Assembly (NCBI GenBank): GCA_964247055.1
Contig: OZ176054.1
Coordinates: 3,658,001 to 3,722,000 of the forward strand
Length of the DNA: 64,000 bases
Direction of reading: 5' to 3'
Source: Paragordius varius
Lineage: Eukaryota > Animalia > Nematomorpha
Below are positions 12,042 to 24,500 of the stretch, piece after piece. The position numbers and the translations under genes are program-made. Position 1 is the stretch's first letter. Each line of letters starts with the position of its first letter. The notes below the pieces were generated by a model. It saw only the letters and a list, made by a program, of their open reading frames with translations, had not been told where the DNA came from and did not search any database.

Positions 12042-15000
12042 TTAAGATTTTTCATGCATTAAAACGGATCCATTGCCTTGTTTTATTAGTGGATCAATAG
12101 TTAATTTTGATAATTTTTCATCTATTTTGTCAGTGGTCGGCGTGGTATTTTCCTGGTTTTCGTGATTCTACAAATATTACAGAAAAGTAAAAGAAAAGGA
12201 TTTTTACGAATTCAATAGTTATATAAACAATTTAGATAGAATGTAAATTTAATGAATGATTTTGTCAAAATGTTTACGTATTTTCCCCATAAAAACTATT
12301 TTTCAAATCATATACATTGCATTCTTAGTAAATTTAAATATGTATACCAGATGTAGTTATAAGTCATTACCGGTTAAACTAATAGAAAACGTCAGGAAAA
12401 GTACGCAGACGATTAATTTGTAAACGTCAAATCAAAAATTGCAAAGTAACTTTGGAAACCCTGATTCCTCGTCACGAAAGAAAATCATTTTTGCGTCCAA
12501 TTATGAGGTGTGATGAGAAGTCGCTTTAATTTGTATATCTAAAGTGAAAAAATCTTGGCTTTTACCTTGACAAGCCGGTTCATTAACACCTCAGCCAAAT
12601 CGCTTTTGCAGACCAGAATGGTATTATGGATAAAATTTTTAAAGCCTGGGGGAACCGTTAATAGACAACGCTATCGTTAACAAATATTTTTAAACCATGC
12701 GTCAATCGTAAAACGATCGGAATGGGGCAGCTAACAGGGCATAATGATTTCGCTACTTGACAATGCTTCGTTTCACACAGTAAAACCAGAGAAATACACC
12801 TTAAAATTGCTTAGAATTTTTTCATCCGTTGTTCTCTCCTGACCTTGCGCCATATGAATATTACCTCTTTGAATCGATGAAACACACGGTCGCAGAGCAG
12901 CACTCAACAAATTTAAAGAGTGGGACGATGGCTTTATTAAAGGGTTTGCCACAAAAGAAAATCATTGTTTGTCATGTATTAATAGATTATCTGAGAGATG
13001 ATTAAAAGTGGAGAAGCCGACGAACCATGTTTTGAACCAAATAAAAATTGATATTACTCTAAAATTAGGTGTGTTTTTTAACCAAAAAACCGGTACAGAC
13101 TCATAACTAGGGGTACCTAAAACACATTGCGTAGTGGTTTATATATTTTTTTGAACCATAAATCCTATCCTAAAGACTAAATAAAATATGTGAATTTAAG
13201 AGGGTTTTCAATTTTAAATATGAAAATTTCTACAACAACCCTAAATTTTAACATTGATATATTTGGATATTAGAATTTGCAATTGTAAATTAAAATTTAT
13301 ACATACTTGAGGACAATCTCTTATGAGGTGCTGATCGGATTTGCATTTGTAGCACAATTTTGTCGGTGATGTGCTATAATTCATTGTAGATTTGTGGCCA
13401 TTCCCCTGTGATGCAAACGGACAATTAGAAGCTATATGATTTGTGTATCGTCCACAATTAAAGCATCTAATAAAATAATAATAAAAAATGAAATAACTGA
13501 TTCCCGTTTTTTTACAAATTATTGATATATATTGTGTGCAAAAAAATTTTTTTTTATGAGATAGCTTATTACCAGCAAATTCATTTGCGGCAAAAATTTT
13601 TATTTGTTGACGACCTAGTTTTTGAAATATTCGGGGAAAATCGAAATTGGGCAAAAAGTTAAAATTAAGGATAATTTAAATAATAATGATAAAACTTGAG
13701 ACATTATGGTTTATTGTCATTTTAGCAGATATTAAAAATTTATAAATAGCATTAAATCATATTAGGGTTTTTTTAATTCAGATCAAAAAATGGCGCCTTT
13801 TTATTAACGTGCTAAAGAGACAAAAAAATATGAAACTATGAAAAATATTTTTTTAAAATTATTTAGTAGCTAAACTCACTATTAAAATCTTAACATCCAT
13901 ATTGTATTTAGAAAAAAAACTAATATACAAAATAAAACTAAAAAAATATTGTTTTTTATTTTTTCATTTTTTTGTCATTTGGTTTATGATAAAAATTTAA
14001 AGTTTTATTTTGGCATCTTACATGAGTGGGAATTTTAAAGTATATAAATTTATACAAAATAGAATTAAAATTAGTGGAATATCAACCAAAATCCATTAAA
14101 TCCCTGTAAGTTTGTTTTAACACATTAATATTTTTCTAGGATTCGTACGGATTTTTGGTTGATATTCTACCACTTTTAAATCCTATTTTGTATTAATTTA
14201 TATACTTTATAATTGCCGCTCAGATTCCAAAATAAAACAGAAATTTTATACACTCATAAATCAGATGACAAAAAAATGAAAATAAAAAACAATATTTTTT
14301 TAGTTCTATTTTGATATATAAGTTTTTTACTGAATAAAATAAGTGAGTTTAGCTAGAAAATAAAAAAAAAATAAATTTGTCTTTTTAGCACGTTAATAAA
14401 AAAGGCGATTTTTTATCTGAATTTACCTAACTATATGATTTTAGGCAATTTATTAATTTTAAATATCTGCTAAAATAATAATACACCATAATATCTCAGG
14501 TTTTATTATTTTTTTAATTATCTTTAATCATCCTTAATTTTCCTTTTTGCCCAATTTTGATTTTCTCTTAATTTCAAAAATTAGGTCGTCAGCAAATTAT
14601 TTTTGCGGTAAAAATATTCGCTGGTCATAAGCTATAAAAAAATTTGTTAAAAAAATTAACCCTCTTTTTGCACACTATATATGTATATATATTGTACATC
14701 TAAATATTTGACGATATATAATAATAATGATAAAGCTTATTGAAGGAGCTTAAATTTAAGGTCGTTAGTTTTTTTAATCATATATAAATTTAGTAACTTT
14801 GATTTTCGCATTTTTGCAGCAGGTCGACGTGTAGTCCCTTTGCAATTTTGTCCACCAGGACCAGTGACCAGCGTGGCTTCCAAGCCTTTTTCGGTAACTT
14901 TACTTAGAAATTCGACTAATTCATTGTCCTCCAAACTGCGAAACCCGTCCATTTTTATCACACTCTAAGAGGAAATATATTTGTACTTTAAATTTTAAGG

Positions 15001-17307
15001 TATTTAATAAAATAAACAACTTGTAAATATTTTTTTTGAATCAAAAAATCGTCCCGCCAAGGCATTTGTGTTAAACACCTTTGGACATTTCTTATTGAAT
15101 TTATATATTTTTTTTATATTAATATTTTCTTTCTCCTACTGTAAACCAGAGAGATAAAATTGACAGTTTTTTAAAAAAATGACGGATAAAAGTTTGAGAT
15201 CGGGGTTTTTCAATTTTGCATCAAAATTATTTTTTGGTATAATGCGCCTAAAAGATATTATGAATATTTAACACTCTATTACATTTTGGATTTTGAATAT
15301 CTTAAAAAGTATTTAAGGTATTAAGCCGAATTTAAAAATATGCTTTCTTTAGCCTTTTAGGCGCATTATAAAAAATTTTAATTCTCAACTCAAACTTTTC
15401 TGGCGCCAATTTTTTTCTATTACTTTTTTTATCGCTAATGCAATAGACAAATATATGTATACTAGCGTAAATCTTGTGCTGCTACGCAGTCCGAGGTAGT
15501 CCTTCGGACTTCTGGGGGGGCTATTTGAAAAAAGGGACAATAAAATGATCTACATATGTGGATTATTTCGAAACATTATTTAATAACTATGATCTCATAG
15601 GAATTTCAAAATGGTGCATTCATACTAATATATTGTTTACTTGGGCGATCAAAAAATTATTTTTGTGGACATAATTTTTTGAAAAAATGACATTTTACGG
15701 GGGGGAGCCAGTAAAAAGAGGGCCTAAATAAAAGCGAGCCGACTATGTTCGGCGCAATCAAAAATAAGTAAACAAAAATATATTTGAAATCGAATGGTTC
15801 TATACGTTTTCGGGAAAATTGTCAAAAGACACGATATTTGTGGACTTCTGTTCCAAAAAAAAACCGTTTTTTACACGGGTTGGGCCCGAACTGTGGGCCT
15901 AATTTAAAAAAAGGGCGAAGCTATTGTCGAGTCATTCATTAATGATTATATTTTTTCAATATTTGGATTTGAATGGGTTTACCGATTTTCCGGAAACAGA
16001 TAACAAAGCCAGCATTTTCCATTTTTATAAATATATAGATTAAGGTTAGAAAATGTGAATGGTTAACTTTAAAACGCTTTTAGGCTAGATACCAAAAAAC
16101 ATGATATATTTGGAATTTAATGTCAGTTGTTCGTTTCGATCATGTTTTGGAGCTGCCCCAATTTTAAACTCTAAAAGTCACAAAACTGTAAAATATAACA
16201 TTCATTATCAGATACATGAAAACAATGTTTAAAAACTAATATAACTTTTATAACTGTTGTTTATTCACAAAATTGAGCTCTGAGATATAAAACTACCCCA
16301 AAAGGCAGGGGCGTACCGAGGGGGGGGGGGGGGCAAGGGGGTGCATCATGCCCCGGGCGCCGTTATTTAGGGGCGCCTAATGATTTTTAAAATTAAATTT
16401 TAAGTATGCTAAAATAATAAGAACTTTCAAATGAGATTTTTCAGCAATTTAGGTAATAATCCCTATAATATATACTCTATTACTCACCTAATTAGTACCA
16501 TTGAATAAATTTAGTATCATATAAATATATATATTTAATAGATTTAAAATTTATATGACTGTACTGTCTTATGGTGTTTAGGTTACAACGTTTGTTTGTT
16601 TTTTACTAAATTGTTTTATTGGCTTGTTAAAAAAGGGGGGAGGGGCGCCCTAAAAGTTTTATGCCCCGGGCGCCGCAAATGCTCGGTACGCCACTACCAA
16701 AATGCAAACTAGCACAAAAAATGAAAGGGTAATGAAGTCTTAATTTGGAATATATTCTTATATATTTAATATCGCCATGGGACAGACAATTCCCCAAAAA
16801 GTAATTAAGTGTATATAAAGGTATATATTGAAATAAAAAATCATATATTTTTTTATTCTGTTCTTGGATCAAAAACGTAAATATTTATTATATTTAGAAA
16901 CGACAAAAAAGAGATTTGAAAATATAATAATTATTACATATTTACAAATATTTTTTTATATTTGGGTTTGGGGGCTATTATTTTCCTTCTAATAAATTAT
17001 GTTTGAAAAATATTTGTTTTAAAATATCATATTTTTGGTTTGGAAAAGTATTAAAAAACATAACGGTTCCATTTTTGTAATTTAAAAACCAACTCGGTTA
17101 ACCATGTCCTAATTTTTTCTGATTCAAAAACCTGCTCAAACAGATTGTACAGACTTTGGTTTGTTTTTGAATAAAAAATGGCCAAATAAGTGTAAAAACA
17201 TACTTGATAAACAAAAACATCTGGTTGACCATCATCAGGGACTATAAATCCATAACCTTTTACAACATTAAACCATTTGACTTTGCCGCTCCGTTTCTGT
17301 GAGTCGT
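12042..17307 (-). CDS. lin-28: LIN-28 (cold-shock domain plus two CCHC knuckles); first coding exon not located
   Basis: complement(join(12042..12167,13307..13466,14798..14964,17204..17307)). CSD: [15 protein letters not shown]...DVFVYQ|[11 protein letters not shown]...[11 protein letters not shown]. Knuckles: [15 protein letters not shown] and [14 protein letters not shown]. Phases are consistent. The Q|S phase-0 and pre-knuckle phase-2 introns match the animal LIN28 structure as I recall it. The last exon (12042-12167) is less certain. Confidence 0.92.
12345..13119 (+). mobile_element. Internally deleted mariner relic in the last lin-28 intron
   Basis: Remnant motifs RKSFL..IMRCDEK, KSWLLP, LKPG.TVN..RY, LLDNA..H and SPDLAP. 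Degenerate TIRs tagttataagtcattaccggt (12354-12374) and accggtacagactcataacta (13089-13109). Confidence 0.8.
13533..14676. mobile_element. Fold-back element with ~530-560-bp inverted arms and a ~54-bp spacer, filling a lin-28 intron
   Basis: 13533-14094 is the imperfect reverse complement of 14149-14676 along its length. Termini gtgtgcaaaaa / tttttgcacac lie in TA-rich flanks. Confidence 0.85.
15460..16041 (+). mobile_element. Helitron/Helentron-like non-autonomous element, copy 1
   Basis: Starts TACTAGCG, has a GC hairpin gtccgaggtagtccttcggac (15489-15509) and ends TATAAATATATAGATT. Its ~340-bp 3' part is repeated at 26011-26346. The superfamily assignment is inference from the termini. 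Confidence 0.55.
16306..16696. mobile_element. GC-rich-ended hAT MITE
   Basis: TIRs caggggcgtaccgag / ctcggtacgccacta; 8-bp TSD ccaaaagg / ccaaaatg (7/8 match); internal repeated atgccccgggcgcc motifs and poly-G runs. Confidence 0.8.
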
Positions 17308-17694
17308 CTATTTATGAATATTCATCATTTTAACTATCTAAAAACAGTTTTATTTTTGCCCGTTCCCATATATTTATAATCAGTTATTTTTACCTCACTA
17401 AAGGTCACACCAGTAAAAAAACTCTTTTTTTCTACTATTGTCCCTAAATTTATGTTAAAGTATGATAATTATGGTTATATTAACAATGATTATTACAAAC
17501 TTCTCTTAACTTTTCTAAAATACTATTTGATCGGGTTTGTTTCCATAGGCATCAAAAGATGGTGGCATTAAATTATATATATAAGCCAAACACACTCTAA
17601 TTTATTTAATAAGCAATTACAGACATTATCGTTTTTTGTATTTGGCAAAACAGCTTTTTTAAGGTGCTGGTTAGTTAGAGTGCTGTATACGTTT

Positions 17695-17890
17695 ATTTGG
17701 TAATAAGATAAATTTTGGTTATGTTGTAAAAAATATTTGTTAAAAACAAATTATTGTCGCCATTCTCCAATGCTTTTTAATAATTATAATAGTTTCCGTT
17801 ACTCCCATAGGGCTGCTCTTGTTTTTTTTCCATTCTTTAACAAATATTTTTACAATTTAGACAATTTTTTTATCTTATTACCAAATATTC
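17695..17890. repeat. Short inverted-repeat (MITE-like) element
   Basis: atttggtaataagataa...ttgtaaaaaatatttgttaaa is mirrored by tttaacaaatatttttacaa...ttatcttattaccaaat. Confidence 0.55.
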
Positions 17891-19391
17891 CAAATTAGTA
17901 GTAGATATCGTTTAAACGTCTTTAACACAATATCGATTAAAAAATTAATTATTTTATTATATACGAAAATAATTTATCAGTTAATTTATTTCCGTATAAC
18001 TAGCACAATCTACCGATTCATAAATGCGAATTTCATATATATTTTGTTCTGTTTATTATGTTATAAATTATTCAAAAAGTTTTGTTATTTAATATTTCGA
18101 TTAATTGCTTTACGGTTATAGAGTAAATTATATATTTGGATTATAAAACTAAGATAAATTAATTATTGGGAATGAATATTAAGGTGATCGGTCCTATTCA
18201 ATATTTAATAAACTCTATGAGTAAAACAATTGATTAGATATTTGAACATTTAAAATATGTCAACTTAAAAGAATGATAAAATAAATATAGATATTATACC
18301 TGACATTCTGAATATTTTAGTGTGATGTAATTTATCGTTTGTTAGTTATCAATCAATTCATTAGGTAATTCATTAAATTTAAGTGTAATAACGATACTGA
18401 GTATTACTAGAAACAAATATAAATCAAAAATAATTAACACACTTTTAAAAAAATAACGAATTACAAGAAGAGTTTTGTTGTTTGTAAAGAGATATCGGAT
18501 AGATATTTATGAAAAGCTATTTTTATCAATAACCTTATGGCTATAACAGAAAAATATAGGTTGTTGCTTTCTTTTATAGAAATTAATGAATATGGCCTAG
18601 GCTTCTCTACTAATCTAAATAATTATTATTTGTAAACAAGGTTAAGGTCAAAAAACTGAATTTAGCATTTTTTGAAATGAAAAACATATAAACAAAGTCC
18701 GGATGTTATAATTAGAGAGAAGGAATTTCTCCTTTTAATAAAGGGTTATTTTTAGTTACTTTCTTTTTTTCAACAAAACATTTAAAATATTTTTTTGACA
18801 CCAAATTTAATAATAATTTGGGTCATTAAAAAGGATTCAAATTATGGGTCCAACAATTATATATACAAAAATTTATTGTTTATTAGCAAAAAAACATAGT
18901 AAACAATACAATGTGTGAGGTATTGTTAAATGTACATTATAAATATTTTTGATGTAAGTTATATCATCTTTAGCAATGGATATTTTTTATTTATAAAATG
19001 CAAACATACGTTGCATTTTTTGCGAAATTCTCTTTCTTTACTAGATTGTACATAATATATAATAAACAGGGGTCAACATTATCACAAATATTTTTGCTTA
19101 CGCAAAAAGTAGTAGAAATAAAAACAAAATATTATGGTAAGTGACACTAAAAAACACGGACGGCAACCTGACAATGACAAATGTGTTTTTTAACAACATT
19201 ATCACTTTACTATAGGTGACTTAAGTTAAAAATGCAAATGAAGAATATCAAAAATTTAAGTAATTTAATTAACCGTCTTAGGTATTATTGGTTTGGCCCA
19301 GTTATTGGGAATGGATTAATTTACGATATATGTCTCTATCATTTGTTGCGTTTCGAGGTATGTTCAGTAATTTAAAGTCTTGTTCTATGAT

Positions 19392-19930
19392 TTAAGTCCA
19401 AGTTGTTTTAGGCCTCCCTTTACGGTTGGGGGCAGGAATCTGTAAATCAAGAATTTCCTTTGCAGGTGAGTCTATACTGGATCTGTCTATGTGTCCAAAA
19501 TACCGAAGTCTATTTGTTCTGATAAAAGCTGTTATTGGTTCTAGTTCAATGGTAGGATTTATCATCATATATTTTAGCATTTTATCTTCTGTTCTTTTTA
19601 ATCTCGATTCTAATGTTTTTGTGATTGCCCAGGTTTCGCTGGCGTAGGTAAGGGTAGGGCGGACACCCACTTTATACATTTTGATTTTATTTTTTACGGT
19701 TATGTCTTTATGTGTCAAAACATATCTGAGTTGGTTAAATTTTGCCCAACCGAGTTTGATTCTATGTGATATGGTTGTTTGAGGGTCTCCATTATATTAC
19801 TGATATTACCTAAATAGGTAAAATCGTTGACGATTTCGAACCTACAGTCTTCGATACTAAACTCCCTTGACCGTCTTAATTCAATTTTATACAAATTATA
19901 ACTCAAAACATTTAGGCAAAATCTCATTCG
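19392..19930 (-). mobile_element. 3' fragment of a non-LTR retrotransposon (RTE-like clade), frameshifted
   Basis: FEIVNDFTYLG, then KIKMYKVGVRPTLTYASETW and RLRYFGHI..R...GRPKTTW, the typical C-terminal signature of RTE-type ORF2. Confidence 0.85.
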
Positions 19931-20304
19931 CTAACATAAGTGTTCAACAATCGTCTGTCACGAAAATAAAGACTTTTCCATTATATTGGTGATAAATATT
20001 TAAATATCCTAGTCATATCGACATCTTCAAGAAAGTAACGAGTGTTTCACTTCCAATACTCAGGTTAAATTTTAAAAAATGTAAAACTTCATTCTCTGAA
20101 GCAATTATTCGCGGGAATAGTGCAGGCCAACTAAATTCAATGGGTATTTTATGTCCCGAAATAAATGGAGTCACTAAAAATAAAACTGTGGATTCAGACC
20201 CATCCCCTGCAAAAAATGGTTTTTAAAAATAATATATCCTAATTTAGTGTTTAAAGCATTCTGGGTTAGGAGAAAACCCATTTGATTTCATATTACCATT
20301 AACT

Positions 20305-20597
20305 TAGAGGTGTTCAACACGCGGCCCTTCGAAACTCTCTCTGCAGTCCGCGAAAAATTTGGAAATCCATAATTTTCAAATCCTTGCTCAAATCTTAGTA
20401 AAATTGATATATCTTATACAATTCTAAATAAGTCTATGTAATTGACAACAAAGTTGAAAAAATGTTATATAGTGTTTGTATTTTCAATCTAATGTTTAAA
20501 ATCTAATAAATTATATATGAAAATCCATATATATTTCAGCGGCCCGCTGTTTTTTCTGAGTCGAGAATTAGGCCAAAGCATTTGTTGGACACCTCTG
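20305..20597. mobile_element. hAT (Buster/Charlie-like) MITE, ~290 bp
   Basis: TIRs tagaggtgttcaac / gttggacacctctg with subterminal gcggccc motifs. Same family at 36077 and 42348, with partial copies at ~5174 and ~48071. Confidence 0.7.
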
Positions 20598-21556
20598 CAT
20601 TACATTAACAATTCCTTTTGAGCAATCATGACCGAGCCATTTTTATAGGGTTATTACCATTACTTTATACACACTCAAATGAAAGCTTTAAAATAATTAA
20701 CGGAATCTAAATTCTCAAATGATTTCATATAGTTAAATACTATTGATAAAAACGGTTTTATCTCGACCATTGTGCATCGACGAATGAAAACTACCTCGAT
20801 GAATGGCTAATGACATTCGGATTTATTTTGGATCATATATATTTGTGATTTTTAGTTAATCATTGCATATATCAAACGTAGTTTTAAAAAGCCTTGGCTT
20901 TTAGATAATCATTTAATATAATAATAAATCGAAATATAATCGATTATTTGAATTCCTTCAAAGAGATTACAAATAAACAGCAGATGAAAAAATTAACTGT
21001 AATCCCTATTTGTTTACGTTTTTACAAGGGCCAAAAAAAGAACGGGTGTTCATAATCTTTGTCGTATCTTAGCAAGTCTCATATATCCATTATTAGCGCA
21101 ATTTATTTGTTAACTGCAGGATTACATGATGCCTGTTAAAATGGTTTAATCATAATCCATTAATTTATTCTTAAGCGTTAAAAAACTCTAAGAAATAAAA
21201 TATATTGGAGAAATTGTTGCATACTAATAACAGCATACGACTCAAAAAATGACCCATTAAAGATGGCCAAAAGGTTTACCAAAATTTGCATGAAAAATGA
21301 TGGAGTTGAATATACCACAAAAGGATTAATGGCGAATAGTTTTGTACATTTTTAATTGAAATCTTAATAAAAAATAGAAGTGTCAAATAATATGTTTATA
21401 TCTTGAAAAGCACTAGAAGTAGCAATGCTAACGCAAATTTTTTGAAAGGACTAAATAACAGAAATCTGCTATGATTTCTATGCCCTACATATGTTAGGAA
21501 AATATTTAACATGTGGTACGAATTGAACGTGTGCAACTAAAGCAGCACGCTAAATC

Positions 21557-24500
21557 ATGCAGTTTGTGGTTTTTAATTTACTTTTGGGCAATCATGAAGG
21601 AGAAGTATATGGTTAATAAAAATTATAGGAGCTTGAAAAGATTTTATATTTTTACCCAAAACATTTGGTTACCACCAAGATCAGGATCGTTGGATTATGT
21701 GATGCGTTTTATAAATTTGCTCGATCGTTTGGGGAAACAGGATCTCCCTATTATATTTATACAGCCCATAAACTTTTGGTATTTTCAATCGACAATAAAA
21801 ATTGTTCCGTTTTGGTATATAATAATTTTATACATAGATATTGGATAAATTTTTAATAATTCATCCCCAAATCTTATCTTCCTTTTTAATTAAAACTAAT
21901 TACATGTTTAAGGTATTTTTGATTCATTTATATAGCTTTTTTATGGAAATTTATTTTCCAAGCTAAATATTGATACCGATGATAAAAATAAAACAGTAGC
22001 CAAAAAACAACTTCAACATTTCTATAATCCAGTATTTTATGATTTTTATGTCAGATTATGCTACAATTAGAAAATTTATTATATAAAGGAACGTCCAATA
22101 ATCATTTTTTGACAAATACATTGTTCGCTGATTTCACCAAAGAACGTGAACCGTTTTCAGACACAAATCAATATATCGAATTACAAAATGAGATTTCAAC
22201 TTTTGAAAACATTTATAGTCCGGGGCTTATCGGATCCATTATATTTACCAGAAACGGAGGCCCGATCCTGTGGTCTACATTGGATGAAGTAAAATTTTAA
22301 TATAAACAAAATTTAAACCAATGAAATATGACGCTTCATTATAATTTTATTTAGGACAAAAAACTTTTTTGTTAAAATTATATGAGGTTACTAATTTACA
22401 TTCACATACCCATAATCCTTATAATGAGACAAAAATAATCCTAATTAATTATTTTTATAATTTTTTCAGCTGTAGGATATTATTAATTATTATATATATA
22501 TTTTTGATGAAATTTGATTTTATTTCATATATTTTTATAAGGAGTTTGATGCGGATATTGACCACTTTGTCATGTCGATTATATATATATATATATATAT
22601 ATCCATTTTTTAGTCAAAAACAACATTTTATTAATCAAACGCAACATTTAGCAAATATTTTTTAAGCAAAAGTAATAATTTTTTATAAATAAAGATAAAT
22701 TATTTTACTTAATGACTATTTATTTTTAATTATTCATTTAATTTTAAGTCAAGGATCAGTAAATTAGCGTTGAATTATGATTTTTATTTTTGTCAATATT
22801 TATTTGATGATAAATTAATTTTCAATCATTTTAATATCGCCCATAACTTAATTCTATTATTTATTATATGAAACATTTTTTTAAACATTTTTTTATCTAT
22901 AAACAATATATTTTCAAATATAGGAGGTTTTTAATATTTTTAGTAGTATTTTATAAAAATAGTAGCGTAACTCAAGGGCAGGTATAAAAAAGCGTTCGGC
23001 AAAATTTTAGCCTTTATATGGGGAACATTTGGAATTATCATGGATTCCATATATTCCTATAAGTTTTTATTGCTTTAAAACTAAAAAGTTGTTCTATGGC
23101 GGCGAATTTTTCAGGGTGTAAAACTTTTCTTAGCGACTCATTGAAATAACCCCCTATACTAAAATGGTAATAAATATTTTAGGCCCTTATTGAACTCAAG
23201 TCATTCTATGGTGGCGCATTTTGCAGGGCAAAGGCCTAATTAAGGGGTAATTTAATACAACCGCTCTACTTAAATTTTTGCCTTTTTACGAGTAATATTT
23301 CAAGCCCTTATTGACTCATATGGCCTGATAAGTTTTTTGAATTACTCCTAAACAACGCAATTTCGATATGGTGGCGCGTTTTAGGCGGGTAGCTCTTTAC
23401 CCAGAGGCTGATACAAAAAAGCGCTTGATTAAAATTTTTGCCTATTTTTACGGAGAATATCTGTAATCATTGATTCCATATGCTTTCATTGGTTTTTGGA
23501 AAAATTGTCTCATAACTAAAAAATTTGGTGGCGCATTTTTCAGGGTGTGAAGGGCCTAATTAATTTTAAAAAACTGCGCGACTTAAATTTTTGCCTTGTT
23601 GCGGGTAATATTACAAGCCCTTTTATATGGCCTGATAGTTTTCTGAAATTTAGCCCCAAAGCCACGCTATTTCAATATGACGCGGTAGCTTTTAGCGGGT
23701 ATCTACTTACCCAGCAGCCAATAGAAAAAACGCTTGACTTAAATTTTTGCCTTTTTACATAGAATACCTGTAATCCTCATTACATTTTTACGGTCTACCC
23801 AGGGCGAAAAATAGATTCAAAAAAATTTTGTGGACTTTTTTTTAAAAAAAATGGCACAGTGGTACTCACGAAAAAAATTTGACGGGCCAAATAAATTATA
23901 TATTTTTTTCGAGGGCCAGAATCTTATAATGGCAAATATTCCATCGCTATTTGACACATATGCACATATTTATACTCTAAATCGGCACAATTGATTTTTT
24001 GCGGATCGCATGTAAATCAGCTAAAACTCGTTTTGCACCATTTAGTTTAAACAATTCAATTGATAACAACATTTATTTTGATATTAACCATTAATTTTTG
24101 ACAAATTTAGTTTCGCCGCATGACAGACCAATTTTAATACGTCGTCCATATCATCATCGGTTAAGGGATTTCTGTAGGTATTCTTGAGATACCTATTTTT
24201 GAATATGCCATCTCACACGTGTAAGTTGAGGGAAAAACAGTTAGGATAACTTGAGCACATTTTTTTATATTTTCATATTTATTTGGCACATCTTGCCAAA
24301 CCCATACATATCTTTCTTCGCTACGATTCTCCTTGAATATAGCCTCGAATTGAAATGATTTTTAAAATCTACGAATTCTTCAATGATATGCGCCTGATCA
24401 AAACCAAAATGCACAAGTTGCTTAATATTGGATATATCCATATGCCATGGATTTTCAACGAATTTTAAGCAATTTTTATTTTTGAAACTAAAAATTAAAT

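Noticed and set aside
13241-13654. Stand-alone CNBP/gag-like zinc-knuckle ORF
   Set aside because: The ORF's 5' part is fold-back element sequence; the knuckles splice in phase to cold-shock exons, identifying LIN-28.
17520-17580. Candidate first exon of lin-28 (ATGCCACCATCT...)
   Set aside because: The available donors give phase 0 or 2, while the exon starting at 17307 requires phase 1.
12000-19400. let-7 or another miRNA/ncRNA near lin-28
   Set aside because: I saw no TGAGGTAGTAGGTTG-like sequence or convincing short hairpin; no tRNA, rRNA or snRNA could be supported anywhere in the window by eye.
20950-21500. Small additional gene upstream of CCZ1
   Set aside because: Short open frames exist on both strands, but I found no consistent start, splice path or recognisable protein.
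23097-23750. CRISPR-like array
   Set aside because: Repeats are degenerate, the intervening sequences resemble each other, the context is a eukaryotic intron and no cas genes are present. Explained as internal transposon repeats; the same applies to 26640-26745.
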